Positions 51,012-63,360 of a stretch of 64,000 nucleotides of DNA are shown in pieces. The position numbers and the translations under genes are program-made. Source of the DNA: Lama glama (lineage: Eukaryota); the NCBI GenBank assembly GCA_028534125.1, contig CM052817.1:106828001-106892000 (forward strand), written 5' to 3'. The notes below the pieces were generated by a model that was not told the DNA's origin, did no database searches, and worked only from the letters and a program-made list of their open reading frames with translations. Numbering within the stretch: the stretch's first letter is position 1; each line of letters opens with the position of its first letter.

Positions 51012-51527
51012 TGTAACAGAAAAGGGCAACTCTGACTCCATATGAGACCTGTTCCTTTGGCTCTAACCCTGTGCCCTGTTTTCTAGGCTGTCTTGCTGGT
51101 TCTGTACCATTTGTGAAAGAATGTTGCCTTTAGCCTGAAATACACAGGAGAGCCCATCCTCAAGGCTCTGACCTTTAAGGATATTAACACTTTTGCATTC
51201 ATATAAAGGTAACAAGTTGCAGAATAGAAAAAGACGTTTGTTTTGTTGGAGGTTTACAGGAGGTTCACACCATGACCTGACCCACATTGATAGCTGCAAG
51301 AACAAAGAATTCTTACGCCAAGAAGTTTCCAACAACCAAGCACACCCCTCCCCTTTTAGTATAAAAGGAGCCTGAATTCTGACTTGGAGAAGATGATTCT
51401 CCAGGACATTAGTCTCCCATCTTCTCAGTCTGCTGGCTTTCCAAATAAAGTAGCTGTTCGTTACCCCATTAGTACTGGATTTACTGGCCTGTCATGCGGC
51501 GAGCTGAACGAGTTTGGATTTCGTACA
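51012..51527 (+). mobile_element. ERV1-like solo LTR, family A copy 4
   Basis: TGTAACAGAAAAGGGCAACTCTGACTCC..GTATAAAAGG..AATAAAG..TTCGTACA; TSD CTGT/CTAT. Confidence 0.9.
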
Positions 51528-52479
51528 CTATGAAGAAATTTGATAGAAGTAGAAAAAATGAAGTGGAGGTAATTACTCAGATAAACTGAAGGAACTTCCC
51601 TAGATAACATGATCAAAGGAAGCGTCTCCCATCTCCTAGTAGGAGCTAAGCTGTGTGGGCTGTGGGTATGCGGCACAGGCGATTGGCTGGACAATAACAA
51701 AATTCAAAACAGAGAGCAAAGCAGGACACTTCTGTCCAGACAAATAAGTAGATGGGAAAAAAACACGCCTGAGGGGAGAGAAAGGAATCAGACACAAGCT
51801 GGTCCTACAGGACCCTTTAGTCAGACACCACCTGTCATCCGAGCCGCAGAGCAGGGTGGGTTAGATGTAAAATTCGTGTGAGATGTACGGACAGGAATTT
51901 GACCGTTTCTCTCATTGAAAAAAAAATAATTCTGGTAATTCAAAAAAGTATCTGGTAGCAATGATGTCACCGATCTCTGGAAAGTAGATTTAGATATTGG
52001 GAAAGAGTCTGTTTTTTAACAAAGAAATTCAAATAAAGCCTACTCTAGCCCTTAAACGGCTCTCATACAGATTTGTGTTTAAAGAAAATATTTGTTTTGC
52101 CCTAAGCAAATTGTATCAGCATCTGTGAGTTAAATGCAAACATGATTGTTATTGATTGGCGCTCTTTCCGTGAGCTTAAAAATTATCTAAGACCTCTATC
52201 CAAACGTGTCCCACAGTGATAGCTGGATCGACAGATTGTCGGTTTAAAGATCTGAAACTTGCACAGAATGTGTTCAGCTGTTTAATACGTAGTTTAGACA
52301 TTCAGAAGTATGCATGTAGAATTTAGAAATGTGTTCAAAGTTAACTGTTAATTTTAATATTTGGTTTGGAAAAGCATGTTATAATGTTTTCACTAAAAAA
52401 AAAACTATAAAAGCAGGCCAGTGAGGGTTTCAAAGAGTGAGTCACGTGGTCTGATGTTCATTTAAAGAAAACATTCTAT

Positions 52480-52850
52480 GTACACTTAGTCTGAATGTAG
52501 GCAAACCTATATAATCCATCAGTTTCACTCCTGGGTACATACCTAACAGGAATGTGTACATATGATGTCCAAAAGGCACACACTAGAATGTTCATAACAG
52601 CATTCAAAATAGCCAAACACTGGAAACTACCCAAATGCCACCAACAGTAGAGTGAATACACTGTGGTGTATTCATATGATGAAACCCTATACACTCACAA
52701 GATTTGGCAATCGCCAACCACATGCAACAATGCTGAGGATCTGACGAACATTGTGTGGAGTGAGAGGAGCCAGGCATGAAAGAGTAATACTACATGGTCC
52801 ATGTATGGCCTATATAATGTACAAAAATAACTCTTCACCTGAACAAAGAG
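52480..52850 (+). mobile_element. Old L1 (L1MD/ME-like) fragment
   Basis: TTCACTCCTGGGTACATACC..AGAATGTTCATAACAGCA..AGCCAAACACTGGAAACTACCCAAATG. Confidence 0.8.
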
Positions 52851-53149
52851 GTCAGGGGGTACAGTGAACAGGTCATTGGAAGCCAAGGTTGAGGATTAAT
52901 GATGTAATATATGGATACCATAAAGAGGCAGAGTATCTCTCAAGCTTGTAATTCTGAGTGTAGCTGAAGCAAAAATATTTTCCTGTATGGAGAGAGACAG
53001 ATTTCCAGATACAAATCATATATAGATATATATCTATTGCAGCTTGTAAATTCCTTTTTAAGAGAGAGAATTTTCAGGCAATTAACAGCTCCGGGTAGAA
53101 AAAGTCTACTCACAGATTTTAAAACTCTTTTTCAAAGAAGTTTTTTTTT

Positions 53150-54038
53150 TAATGGCCAATAGGCACATGAAAAAATGCTCAACATCACTAATTATCAGAG
53201 AAATGCAAATCAAAACTACAATGAGGTATCACCTCACACGAGTCAGAATGGCCACAAATGACAAGTGCTGGAGAGGGTGTGGAGAAAAGGGAACCCTCCT
53301 GTACTGTTGGTGGGAAGGTAGTTTGGTGCAGCCGTTATGGAAAACAGTATAGATATTCCTCAAAAAATTAAGAATAGACTTACCCTATGATCCAGCAATC
53401 CCACTCCTGGGCATATATCTGGAGGGAACTCTAATTTGAAAAGATACATGCACCCCAATGTTCATGGCAGCAGTGTATACAATAGCCAAGACATGGAAGC
53501 AAGGTAAATGTCCATCGACAGATGACTGGGTAAAGAAGCTGTGGTATATTTATGCAATGAACTACTACTCAGCCATAAAAAAGAATAAAATAATGCCATT
53601 TGCAGGAACATGGGGACCTAGAGATCATCATTCTTGGTGAAGTAAGCCAGACAAAAGAAAGAAAAATACCATATGATATCACTCATATGTGGAATCTAAA
53701 AGAAAAAAAAATACACTATGACCTCATCTACAAAACAGAAACAGACTTGCAGACATAGTAAACAATCTTATGGTTACCAGGGAAAGGATGTGGGAAGGAA
53801 TAATTTTGGGAGTTTGAGATTTATAAATGTTAGCCACTGTATATAAAAATAGATTTTTTAGAAGTTTCTTCTGTATAGCACAGGGAACTATGTTCAATAT
53901 CTTGCAATACCTTTTAATAAAAAATATGAAAACAAATACATGTATGTATATGCATGACTGGGACGCTGTGCCGTACAGCAGAAACTGACACATTGTAACT
54001 GACTGTGTATGTCAATTAAATAAATAAATAAATAAATA
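53150..54038 (+). mobile_element. 5'-truncated L1 with (TAAA)n tail
   Basis: ORF 53152 [45 protein letters not shown] is the L1 ORF2 cysteine-rich C-terminus; complete 3' UTR and tail. Confidence 0.97.
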
Positions 54039-54232
54039 CTACCTGCCTGGATGCCCAAGACAAAATAAATAGAAAAAACAGAGTCATCAGAAAGGAATGT
54101 CTGCAAAGGAAGATTACAGGACGGAGAACCACAGAGGCCAATGAATACTAAGGGACTGTCGGCCAGACTCTGTCCTGTGATGGACTTTTCAAGTTACCAA
54201 CTAAACACTCTTCTAATTTAAATGAGACTTCT

Positions 54233-54405
54233 GGGGAGGGGGAGGGTATAGCTCAGTGGAAGAGCATGTGCTTAGCATGCAAGAGGTCCTGGGTTCAATA
54301 GCCAGTACCCCTACTAAATAAATAAACAAACAAACAAACAAACAGACAAAAAAACAAACCTACCTAATCCCCTCTCCACTGACCCTCTTAAAAACTCACA
54401 AAACA
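54233..54405 (+). mobile_element. Camelid tRNA-derived SINE (Vic-type)
   Basis: GGAGGGTATAGCTCAGTGG..GGTCCTGGGTTCAAT; (CAAA)n tail; TSD AAATGAGACTTCTG/AAATAAGGCTTCTG. Confidence 0.95.
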
Positions 54406-54495
54406 AAATAAGGCTTCTGAGTATTGGTCTGACTTGAATGTTCCTCCACGTGCTCTATACAGTCTAAATTTCCACTTCAGTCTTTGTCAACCAAG

Positions 54496-54640
54496 ATTAG
54501 ATTTTTTTCTTAGAAAATGCCCTTTTGTGTGTTTGCAAATTATGATTCTTAATTCCCAGCAACTAAGTAAATATTAGATTTTTTTCTTTCTTAGAAAATG
54601 CCCTTCTATGTGCTTGCAAATTACGATTCTTAGTCCCCAG
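54496..54640. repeat. Two-copy tandem duplication, period ~77 bp
   Basis: ATTAGATTTTTTTCTTAGAAAATGCCCTT..TTGCAAATTATGATTCTTA..CCCAG at 54496-54559 and a diverged copy at 54573-54640. Confidence 0.95.
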
Positions 54641-54939
54641 GGAGGGAGGTACACCCTGGGCGGTGCTGCATTTATCTTGGTGAACATATGATTTCTTTAC
54701 ATCCGGACACCATCCACAGCCAGAGTCACACCTTCCCTTTACGAATGCCCTCATTTCAGAGGTGGGGCTGGAGGGATGAACAGGGGAGAAAAGAAACACC
54801 ACAGTGATATGACAGGGACCCAGCAATTTCTAAGAGATGTCTCAACCTCTGCAGTATCGAAATATAAATAAATTAATTAATTAATTAACTAATTAATTAA
54901 ATAAAGGCCCTGTTCAAATCAGGACCGCAAACTCCTCAG

Positions 54940-55265
54940 GAGCCTCGTCCTGTCCCTGCGTCTGGTGTTCGGGCTGCCCCGTCCCCTGGCGTTGCCACTG
55001 ATCTCTCTAGCAAGGCCTCCCAACCTCTGACAGAGACGAACAGAGCCTGCATCCTCAGCAGTGACCTTTTCCCACTTGAACGTTTCCTCTGGCGCCGGCT
55101 CCCTCTGAGAGTCCGAGAGGCCGGGCCTCTGCGCTGGATGCTGCGGGGCATCCTGCCCGCGGCGCTATTGAGGGAGGCTGCCCGCAGCCCGGCGGAGGAG
55201 GCGCGGTGGGTCCCCCGTGGTTGGAGGGGGAAGAAATACAAAGGCTTGCCAGCGAATCCTTAACG
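54940..55265. promoter_or_regulatory. Small CpG-rich patch (candidate enhancer/promoter)
   Basis: GC-rich non-repeat DNA with clustered CpGs (GCCCGCGGCGC, CCCGGCGGAGGAGGCGCGG) in a CpG-poor background. Confidence 0.45.
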
Positions 55266-56867
55266 TGGAAGTGGCCTCCTGGGAAGCCAGGGAAGCTGGC
55301 AGACTAACCTGGGTGGAGGCATCAGAAAATGGAACAGCTATTTTTAGCACAAGGGCCTGGCATTGTGAGGGATGCTGCAAACAAAGCCTTCAAGGAGGTA
55401 AAGAGAAAAAAAAAAAAAAGGGACGGTGGCTACGGCTGTCAGCCTTGTAGGCAGGAGAAAGTAACTGCCTCCCACACGCACTTAGCAGGGTGGTCCGCTC
55501 CTGCCCGAGTGAATCAACTATTTTTAACCAAGGCATTGAGATCAGAAGCCAGTTGTTCAGTGATTCACCAGGATTGCAACTGAAAAAAAATGTCCAATTC
55601 TGGACTGTCCATTTGTCCATTCTGGCCGGTAGAGCCAGTTTTCAGCTACCCCAGCAAAGCAGGTGGAGCAAAATCTCAGAAACTAGATGCTCGGCTGCCT
55701 TCCTGAGAGCGCAGAGCCCTGGTTCTCCTGCCAGCCCTGTCGTAAAAGTACAACAAAACAAAACAACACACGCCAACACAATCACTGGAAAAGGCACGTA
55801 TTCCCATGACACGCACTGGTCTCACCTTGAGGACATCAAAAATACTGCCTTTAGCGTCTTCAAATTAGGAAACCCCTTTGATCTCCTGACTGTGAGCAAG
55901 TTAGTGTTACTAACTTGAATGTACACATTCCATCCATGCAGATGATTTACTGTTGCTTGTGTAATTGTCGGACCCCAGTTGGCTTGGTATAAGAGAGAGC
56001 AGTACCTGGGGGGCACCTGCTGGAAACCCAAGGGGAAAAGAACCGCACATAGGAAGTCTCTGGATAGCAATAATTCTAAGAGAAAATAGAGACCAACTCC
56101 AGAAAAATCCACTGAGCATCTTCCACGTGCCAGGGATTGTGTGTCCAACACCATAAAGAATACAAAGGAAACACATTCTCTGACCTTGAGGGCTAAAGAG
56201 TTTAATGGGACTAAAGACATAGACACACGTGCCAATAAATGAATGCTTAAATAATTGTTGGTCACTGTGTGCTCAAGAGATATGATTCAGTAGGTCTGGG
56301 GGGGTTCCCCTAAAATTTGCATTTCTTGAATGGTTGTAACAGATTATTGTGCACCAACAAATTGGGGGACAACTAGTCCGGGTACTTAAAACCACAAACC
56401 AAGTGCTCTGGGAGCACCAACATAGAATGAAATCAGGTGAAGTTTTCTAGAAGTAGTGGAATTTGAACTGGGATTTGAAAGTTTTTAACAGGTGTGGGTG
56501 GGGATAAGGCAGTTCCAGAATGAGAGGAAACGTACCTTATGTATTCATTTGCACCTCTGTCCACTGAAACCAATTGGCAGTGCCCTCCAACAAAAATTAA
56601 AACATGATTAAAGAAAAATATAAGAGAGGGATGGAGTTAAGAGAAGAAAGGCAATGACAGCAGCCTGCAGTACTCAGTATGACTTCTGCAAATGAGCACA
56701 TGAGCCTGACTTTAGGACACCTGTCATTGTATAAACAGTGTCGACAAACACAGCCACTTAGAAGGGCACGTTCAAGGAACACCAAGGGGTTCAACAAGAT
56801 GTTGGAAAAATAGATGGGGAAGGCTACAAAAAACAAGGCTATTCAGCACCGTTCTGCATGTCTACAT

Positions 56868-57426
56868 TGTACAGTCCTGTATTCTCCCAAAACACCTATC
56901 CCATGCCTTCCTTTAGTGTTTTTAAATGGCGCCCCAATTCTCTGATACTTCTCCCAATGAGAGATGAGCTCTGTGTTTCTCCTCCTTGACCGTGGACTTG
57001 CTGATCTACAGGAAACAGTAGAACTGATGCTTTTTGAAGGCCAGGCCTTAGACACTGGCCGCCTCCACTCCCTGTCTCTTGGGACACTCACTCTTAGAAC
57101 CTAGCCACCATACTGTGAGGAAGACCAGGCTCACAGGATGGGCACACGTTCCAGTTAACAGACCCACTGTGATCTCAGCAAAAAAGCCATTGTCAACTGC
57201 CAGACACGTAAATGAAGAATCTTCCAGATGATCACAGCCCCCAGCCATCAGGTCACCCCCAGCCTTCACATCTTTCTACTTGAAGCCCCAGACATCCTGG
57301 AGTAGAGACACATCCCCGCCCTGCTCTGGACAGATGGGGAAGGCTGATTCCTCGAGTCCATGCGCACAATTAAATCATCAAGCCAGGAAATTTTGAGGTG
57401 GTTTGTTACACAGTGGTTGGGAAACA
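56868..57426 (+). mobile_element. MLT1G/H-like MaLR LTR
   Basis: TTTTTGAAGGCCAGGCCTTA..AGCCACCATACTGTGAGGAAG..CAACTGCCAGACACGTAAATGAAG..TTTTGAGGTGGTTTGTTACACAG. Confidence 0.8.
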
Positions 57427-57477
57427 CTTCCTTTTATTTATTTCCCCAGTCTCTCAACTCCTCCTCTGAACACGCCC

Positions 57478-57478
<1 letters not shown>

Positions 57479-57513
<35 letters not shown>

Positions 57514-57515
57514 AC
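57479..57515. repeat. (CA)n microsatellite
   Basis: Seen directly. Confidence 0.95.
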
Positions 57516-58104
57516 AGAACTATTTTTCTCATTCTCAGTAAATAGCCTTATTTTCCACTTTCCAGAAAAATAAAAGCATCAAAGTGGAACCCTGTTTGTT
57601 ATTCTACTTCCACCAAACATATCCCATCCCCACCACTGTAGCCATCCTTCTGTTACAGCAAGAAAGCTCTTTTCTACGGTAATCTGAGAGGCCTGTGGGG
57701 GGAGAGCGGAGGCTGGGGATTCAAAGCAGAGCTCTCTCAGAAAGCTCACTTTATCCTGAATTCAACCTTTTCTTTCTAATTGAGTCCTTCCCGTTCATAT
57801 TTAAATACGTTCAGCTAGTTCTCTTTCAACCTCACAAGCAGCCCCGCCCAGACCCCACGTCTCCGTTCCAGCCTCTGCCCTGTCTCTTCTTCCCTCACGG
57901 AGCTGAAGGCGCCAACCATCTCCCTATTACCTTCTCTCTCGCTCACTTTTCCGGCATCTTTAATCTCTAATCTGGCTTCCACCCCACTGTTCCTTCTGAA
58001 CAGTTCTCACTAATATCCCAGGAGATCTGCACTCCACTAAATCCAGGGCCTCCTCTGTGACGCCTTGAGCTGCACGCAGCGAGGTTGAGAACTGCCCTCT
58101 GTCT

Positions 58105-58449
58105 CGGTCCACTGGTGCTGCAGAGCAACGAACCACAGCCGGGGGCGGGGGGGTGGGTGGGTGGTGAATAACAGGCATCTAATTCTCGCAGTTCCAGAGG
58201 CTGGGACTCCAAGGTCAAGACACCTACACAACTGCTATCTGGCCAGTCCCCACTTCCTGGCCTGGGAGTGGCTGTCTGAGAGGCCAAGGGAGCTCCCCGG
58301 GGCCTCTTAGATGAGGGCGCTAACCTTACTCACGAGGCTCCACCCTCATGACCTAGGCACCTCCCAAGGGCTCTGTCTCCTAATCTCACACGCTGGGGCT
58401 GAGGATTTTCATATTTTGAATTTTAGGGGGACACATTCAGTCCACAGCA
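58105..58449 (-). mobile_element. MLT1A/B-like MaLR LTR inserted in an L2
   Basis: CAGTTCCAGAGGCTGGGACTCCAAGGTCAAG..CCACCCTCATGACCTA..GGGGGACACATTCAGTCCACAGCA; flanks resemble L2 (TCTAATCTGGCTTCCACCCC; TTTCCAGCCCAGATCTCT). Confidence 0.8.
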
Positions 58450-59082
58450 CCCTGTCCCTTAAAACACTTTAATTTCCCTCCTACGACCCTGGCTGCCACC
58501 TTCTCAGTCGTGTTTGCTGACTCAGTGTCCTCCACTCAGCCAGTAAATTTTGGAGTCTCCTCTCTCGGCCTCTGTCCTCACTGTGTACTCCTTTCCTAGG
58601 AAATCACATCCACATCCTCAGTTTAATTACCACATAAAGTCACAACTTCATGTTTCCAGCCCAGATCTCTACTGCGTGGTATAACTCCATATAGCAGACT
58701 GCCTATTTAACACTTGTCTTCCCTCTTAAACCGGGTCCTCTTCCAACACTTCCAGTCCATGTGACTGGTACTCCACGTTCAATTATCCAAGCCCAGAAAA
58801 CTAGCAGTTATCCATAGCATCTCCCTTTCTCCCCCACCACCATATTCAGTTTCTCTGTAATTGCAATCCTGAACACCAAGCCCCTGACCACACCAGGGAC
58901 AAGACCAGTGCTTCTCCGAACATAAACACTGAATGCTCACCAAATCCAGGTGGCTGCCTCTCCATGCTGCTATCATATGAGTGTCCTGCTCACTCGGGGG
59001 AGGGGCGGGTGCTTCCCTCATTGTGCATCTTAACAAGCCTGAGTCGAGAGGTTGTGACCCCTCTCCCACCCTGTGGTGCTAG

Positions 59083-59638
59083 TGTAGATGGCTCTTTTCC
59101 CCTCTTCTCTTTGTTCTCTGTTTTCCTCAGACCTTCATCATAAAGATGAGATCACTAGGAAACATTTAACCTAACTCCTGACTTCTGCTCTACTGAATGC
59201 ATGTCATGCTTTGCCTACCCATTGATTCCTTTCTTGGATTAAAAGGAATAAGGATGAAAAACTACGTAGTTAAAGAATGACTGACTCTACTTCCAGTGTC
59301 CCCTTAGTAAATTTGCAAGTAGACCCTGAGGATGCAGGTGGAATATATGAGCAAGACAGAATCCAAAGGAAGATCAAGAGAGGTCAGCAGCCCTGCATGT
59401 AATGGAAAAATGAGAAGACTCTAGCCTTCCGCCTTAATGATTAACTGAGATTGTTTCTCCTTTTCCCTTTAAAAACTGTCACAGCTGAGCAGATCTTCAG
59501 AGTTGGTCTCTGGACATGAGTCCACCTTCTCCCCAGATTGCCCACTTTCTGATTAAAACAACTTTCCTTTTTACTGACACTTGTCTCTTGAATTGTTGGC
59601 TTTTGAGCCACGAGCAGCTGAACGTGAGTTTGGTAACG
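59083..59638 (+). mobile_element. ERV1-like solo LTR (family D)
   Basis: TGTAGATGG..TTTAAAAA..ATTAAAA..GAGCAGCTGAACGTGAGTTTGGTAACG; perfect TSD CTAG (59079-59082, 59639-59642). Confidence 0.85.
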
Positions 59639-60274
59639 CTAGACGTCTCTGCACTGCCCTAGGACACACTGTGCGATGGCAGACATGCACTCCTGCTACT
59701 GATCCTGTCCTCTTGAGTCTTGGTGCCTCCTGCTCCACCGGCTGAAGTGGGTCTACTTCTATTTGTCTTCTAGCAAACTCAGCTGTGGATTTTGTTCCTA
59801 AAGGAAGGCTCAAGTTCTTTTTATTCAAGTACTCCAGGAAAAGGTCATTCACAAGAGCGTGAAGCACAGGAGACACACAGTGACCGATATTTGGGTTATA
59901 TCAAATATCAAGCACAACCAGAGGATTTTTCCCCCAAAAGCCTAGAGATGAAGGAATTAAGCCCTTCATTGCAAGACACCACATGCAGTAGTTAGAGCTG
60001 GAATCCCAATGTGGTGTTGCACTGTTACAGTTTTGCAATTTTTAAAAAAGCTGTAACCTCTTTCAAATAAGCATTATCAATATTCCTGACAAACAGGCTT
60101 TCTAAAATCTGCTTAACGGGCTCACAAGTCCACTTTCTCACGGTGTGCAGGGTAGCACAAGGTTTTTCCTCTTCTACCCGGACGTAATGAGTCTCTTTCT
60201 CTATTGTTGGTAACAAGCCAATTCTCAGAACGGATCACGGGTTGGACCTGTTTCTAAAGGAAAGCCTCTCATGT

Positions 60275-61245
60275 TTTAAATTGAATTGTAATTGACTTAC
60301 AATATTATGTTAATTTCAGGTGGACAACATAGTGATTTAATATTCTTATAGATTATACTCCATATAAAGTTATTGTAAAATGTTGGTTATCTTCCCTGCA
60401 CTGTACACAACATCCTTTCATCTTACTTGTTTTACACCTAGTAGTTCGGACCTCTTAATCCTCTTCCTCACTCTTCCTCCCTCCACCCCTCATCCCACTG
60501 ATAACCATTAGTTTGTCCTCTGTATCTGTGAGTCTGTTTCTGTGTCATTATAGCTGCTCATTTGTTTTATTTTTTAGATTCCACATAAAAGTGAAAACGT
60601 ACACTGTTTTTCTCTGTCTGACTTACTTCTCTAAGCGTAGTACCCTCCAGTTCCATCCATGTCATTGCAAATGGCAGAATTTCATTCTCTTTTATGACTG
60701 AGTAGTATTCCATTGTATATATACACATCTTTATCCACTCATCTGTTGATGGACACTTAGGTTGCTTCCAATTCTTGACAATTATAAACAGTGCTGCTAT
60801 GAACACTGGGGTGCATGTATCTTTTCCAATTAGTGTTTGCATTTTCTCAGATATATACCCAGGAGTGGAATTTATGGTCATACGGTAGTTCTATTTTTAA
60901 CTTTTGAGGAACCTCCATACTGGTTTCCACAGTGGCTGCACCAATTTACATTCCCACCAACAGTGTAGGAGGGGTCCCCCTTCTCCACATCCTCACCAGC
61001 ATTTGTTATTTGTGGTCTTTTTGATGACGGCCATTCTGTCATGTGTGAGATGGTACCTATACCTCATTGTGGTTTCAATTTGCATTTCCCCGATGACTAG
61101 CCATGTGGAGCACCTTTCCATGTGCCTGTTGGCCATCTGTACGTCTTCTTTGGAGAAATGCCTATTCAGGTCACCTGCCCATTTTTAAATCAGATTGTTT
61201 GGGGTTTTTGATATTGAGTTGTATGAATTCTTTATATATTTTGAT
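60275..61245 (-). mobile_element. 5'-truncated L1
   Basis: ORF 60567- ..KDTCTPVFIAALFIIVKNWKQPKCPSTDEWIK..YTMEYYS matches the ORF2 C-terminus; 3' UTR extends to ~60275. Confidence 0.95.
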
Positions 61246-62579
61246 GACAGAGGTCATGGCGATGTTTTGGGGTCTGTCTCCTCAGGAAAGCCTCTCACTG
61301 TGCTAAGCGGAGGAACTGGGATGTGATGTCTGCCCAGTTACTGGCTAGTAAGTAGTTATTTCTTTCTTCCCTGCGATGCAGTTCTTAGTAAATGACAAAG
61401 TCTTATTTTAAATTCTGAACCCATTTTCTTAATTTCTCCCAAACTAGTGATTACTAATTACATCCCTTTGAAAATCTTCCTGGCCCGTGCAGGCATCAAA
61501 CACCCATAACCGCCTTAGCATCGAATTCTATGAGCCACCTGAGCTGCTCGTTCCAGACCGTCTGCACAAATGCAGTTCTGGAAACTGAGTAAACCAAAGA
61601 AGACTCACGTAGCTCTGAAGATGGGCTGCGAAGATGTCCTTGGCACAGCAATTCCAAAATTTTGTGGTGAGGAATGAATGAAGCAGAAATCACCTTAGAC
61701 ATCCAGAGAATCGGCAGACTAGAAAGTAGGAGAAATGGAACAGAAGGGCAGATGTATTCATGTCATTCTTGTCTACTGATTTTTCCCCTGTTCATTAATT
61801 TTTAAAGATTTTAAAGCAGAAGTGAATTCTCTGCAAAGAAATTAAACATCATAAGCATCAGTTTAACTGAGGATAATTAATAACTTATATTAACAGCTAT
61901 GCACCCCATAGCAGTGGTTCACTAAACTCATACTTTATTTTAAATCATCACCAGCCATAGACTTCTGCCCCACTAGAAATCCCAGAAGATGAGTGAGTTG
62001 CTTTCAGATGAACATTTCATAGTCAGGTTCCAATAGCCAACTGGAGGCGAAGATCTAAAAACATAACTAAGAAGCAGCCCATTGTTATGGTTTCTAAATT
62101 TGGATTCCGTTTGGAAGGCTGTAATAGTAAGAGCAACTGTCACCTGACACCTCTGGTGTGAAGTAATGTTCTGTAAGCTTTACAAGAGCAGGAAGCCAGC
62201 CTGCCTCTCCCCGGAGTCTAACGCCCCAGCACAAGGCAGATACTCAGGGAGCATTTGTGGATTTGATGAATAAATAACGTCTTAAAAGATTAGCCCTGGG
62301 ATACTCCGAGTTTTTGCCATCATTTCAAAGTAAGCCCAGGTCTTTTGAATCAAGCAGCCGCCAGACCAAGCTCTTCCCTTTGTGGTTTAGAAATGGAGCG
62401 TCTCTGCACAGCACTTAGAGCTGTCACGACCCCGGGGACCAGATGGCTCCCTCCTCTGTAACACTTGCCTCCCGGGGCGGACAGCCTGACGACATGGGAC
62501 TGGCACTGTTTCCTCTCAGTTCTTCATAACTACAGTCAAGGCCTCCCGCAGGTGATACTTTTTGGAGCACGCACGCTCT

Positions 62580-62920
62580 AAATAGCGCCCACGAGATGAA
62601 CATTTGAGCGGTCGGGAGATTTTTGAAGCAGAGGAAAGTTCCCCCAAGCTTCCCAGTGATGTGGTTTAAAATATTCCCAGAAAGCCGTCAGTGCTGACAC
62701 ACAGGTCAATACCCATTTCTCTAGGCTGGGCTCCCCACGCCACCGAGAATGGCAGCTGCCACGCCTGCCTGAGTGCCGGACTCGAGTCGCAGGGTGGGGC
62801 TGGGCTGTTCCCACCCAGCGGCCCAGGGGAGCGGGCGGCCGCGGCCGCGGGCTGGCTTCCCGGGCACGCCGGCCCCCCGCCGCTGCTCACCCAGCAGCCT
62901 ACCTCACCCATGAGCGTGGT
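62580..62920. promoter_or_regulatory. CpG-rich candidate regulatory element with kB, RUNX and GAS motifs
   Basis: GCGGGCGGCCGCGGCCGCGGG core; GGAAAGTTCCCC 62633-62644, TGTGGTTT 62660-62667, TTCCCAGAA 62674-62682. Confidence 0.55.
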
Positions 62921-63336
62921 CAAGCTTGCTTGGGAAGAAGTAGTTCAAACCCTAATTACTGGTCAGTTCAGAATGTCCATCTTTTTGTAAAGGAGTCCAT
63001 CATTTTTCAGGTCAACTTGAAGACCGGGGACAGAACCGATGTCACTGTTTCACCGTGTCTGTCTCCAAAGGTGGTGCACTGACCATTGCTCCCGGGACAG
63101 CCCTGTTTGGCCTCCCGAAGCCGTCTGGGCCAAGGCTGTGTAGATCCTGTAGGTCTTCACATGGTCTGTGTCTCTCTGTCCCGTGCTCGCTCACCTGAGC
63201 CCTTGTCTTCGTTTCAGTGATGCTGGAAACTGCTGTGACTTTCAGGCAAAATTTAGAGCAGATCACAGGGTCTATGACTTAGTGATGTGGGGTCCTAGCT
63301 GCTTTCAATCAAATTTGGGGGAGTTTTAGATAGTAA

Positions 63337-63360
63337 GTGTGTGTGTGTGTGTGTGTGTGT
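63337..63360. repeat. (GT)n microsatellite
   Basis: Seen directly. Confidence 0.95.

Noticed and set aside
53152..53640. ORFs with clear protein homology
   Set aside because: Broken L1 ORF2 C-terminus in a 5'-truncated copy; the same applies to ORFs at 46370 and 60567.
62691..62990. 99-aa ORF over the CpG patch
   Set aside because: GC-rich DNA is naturally stop-poor, the start is non-ATG and I recognise no homologue.
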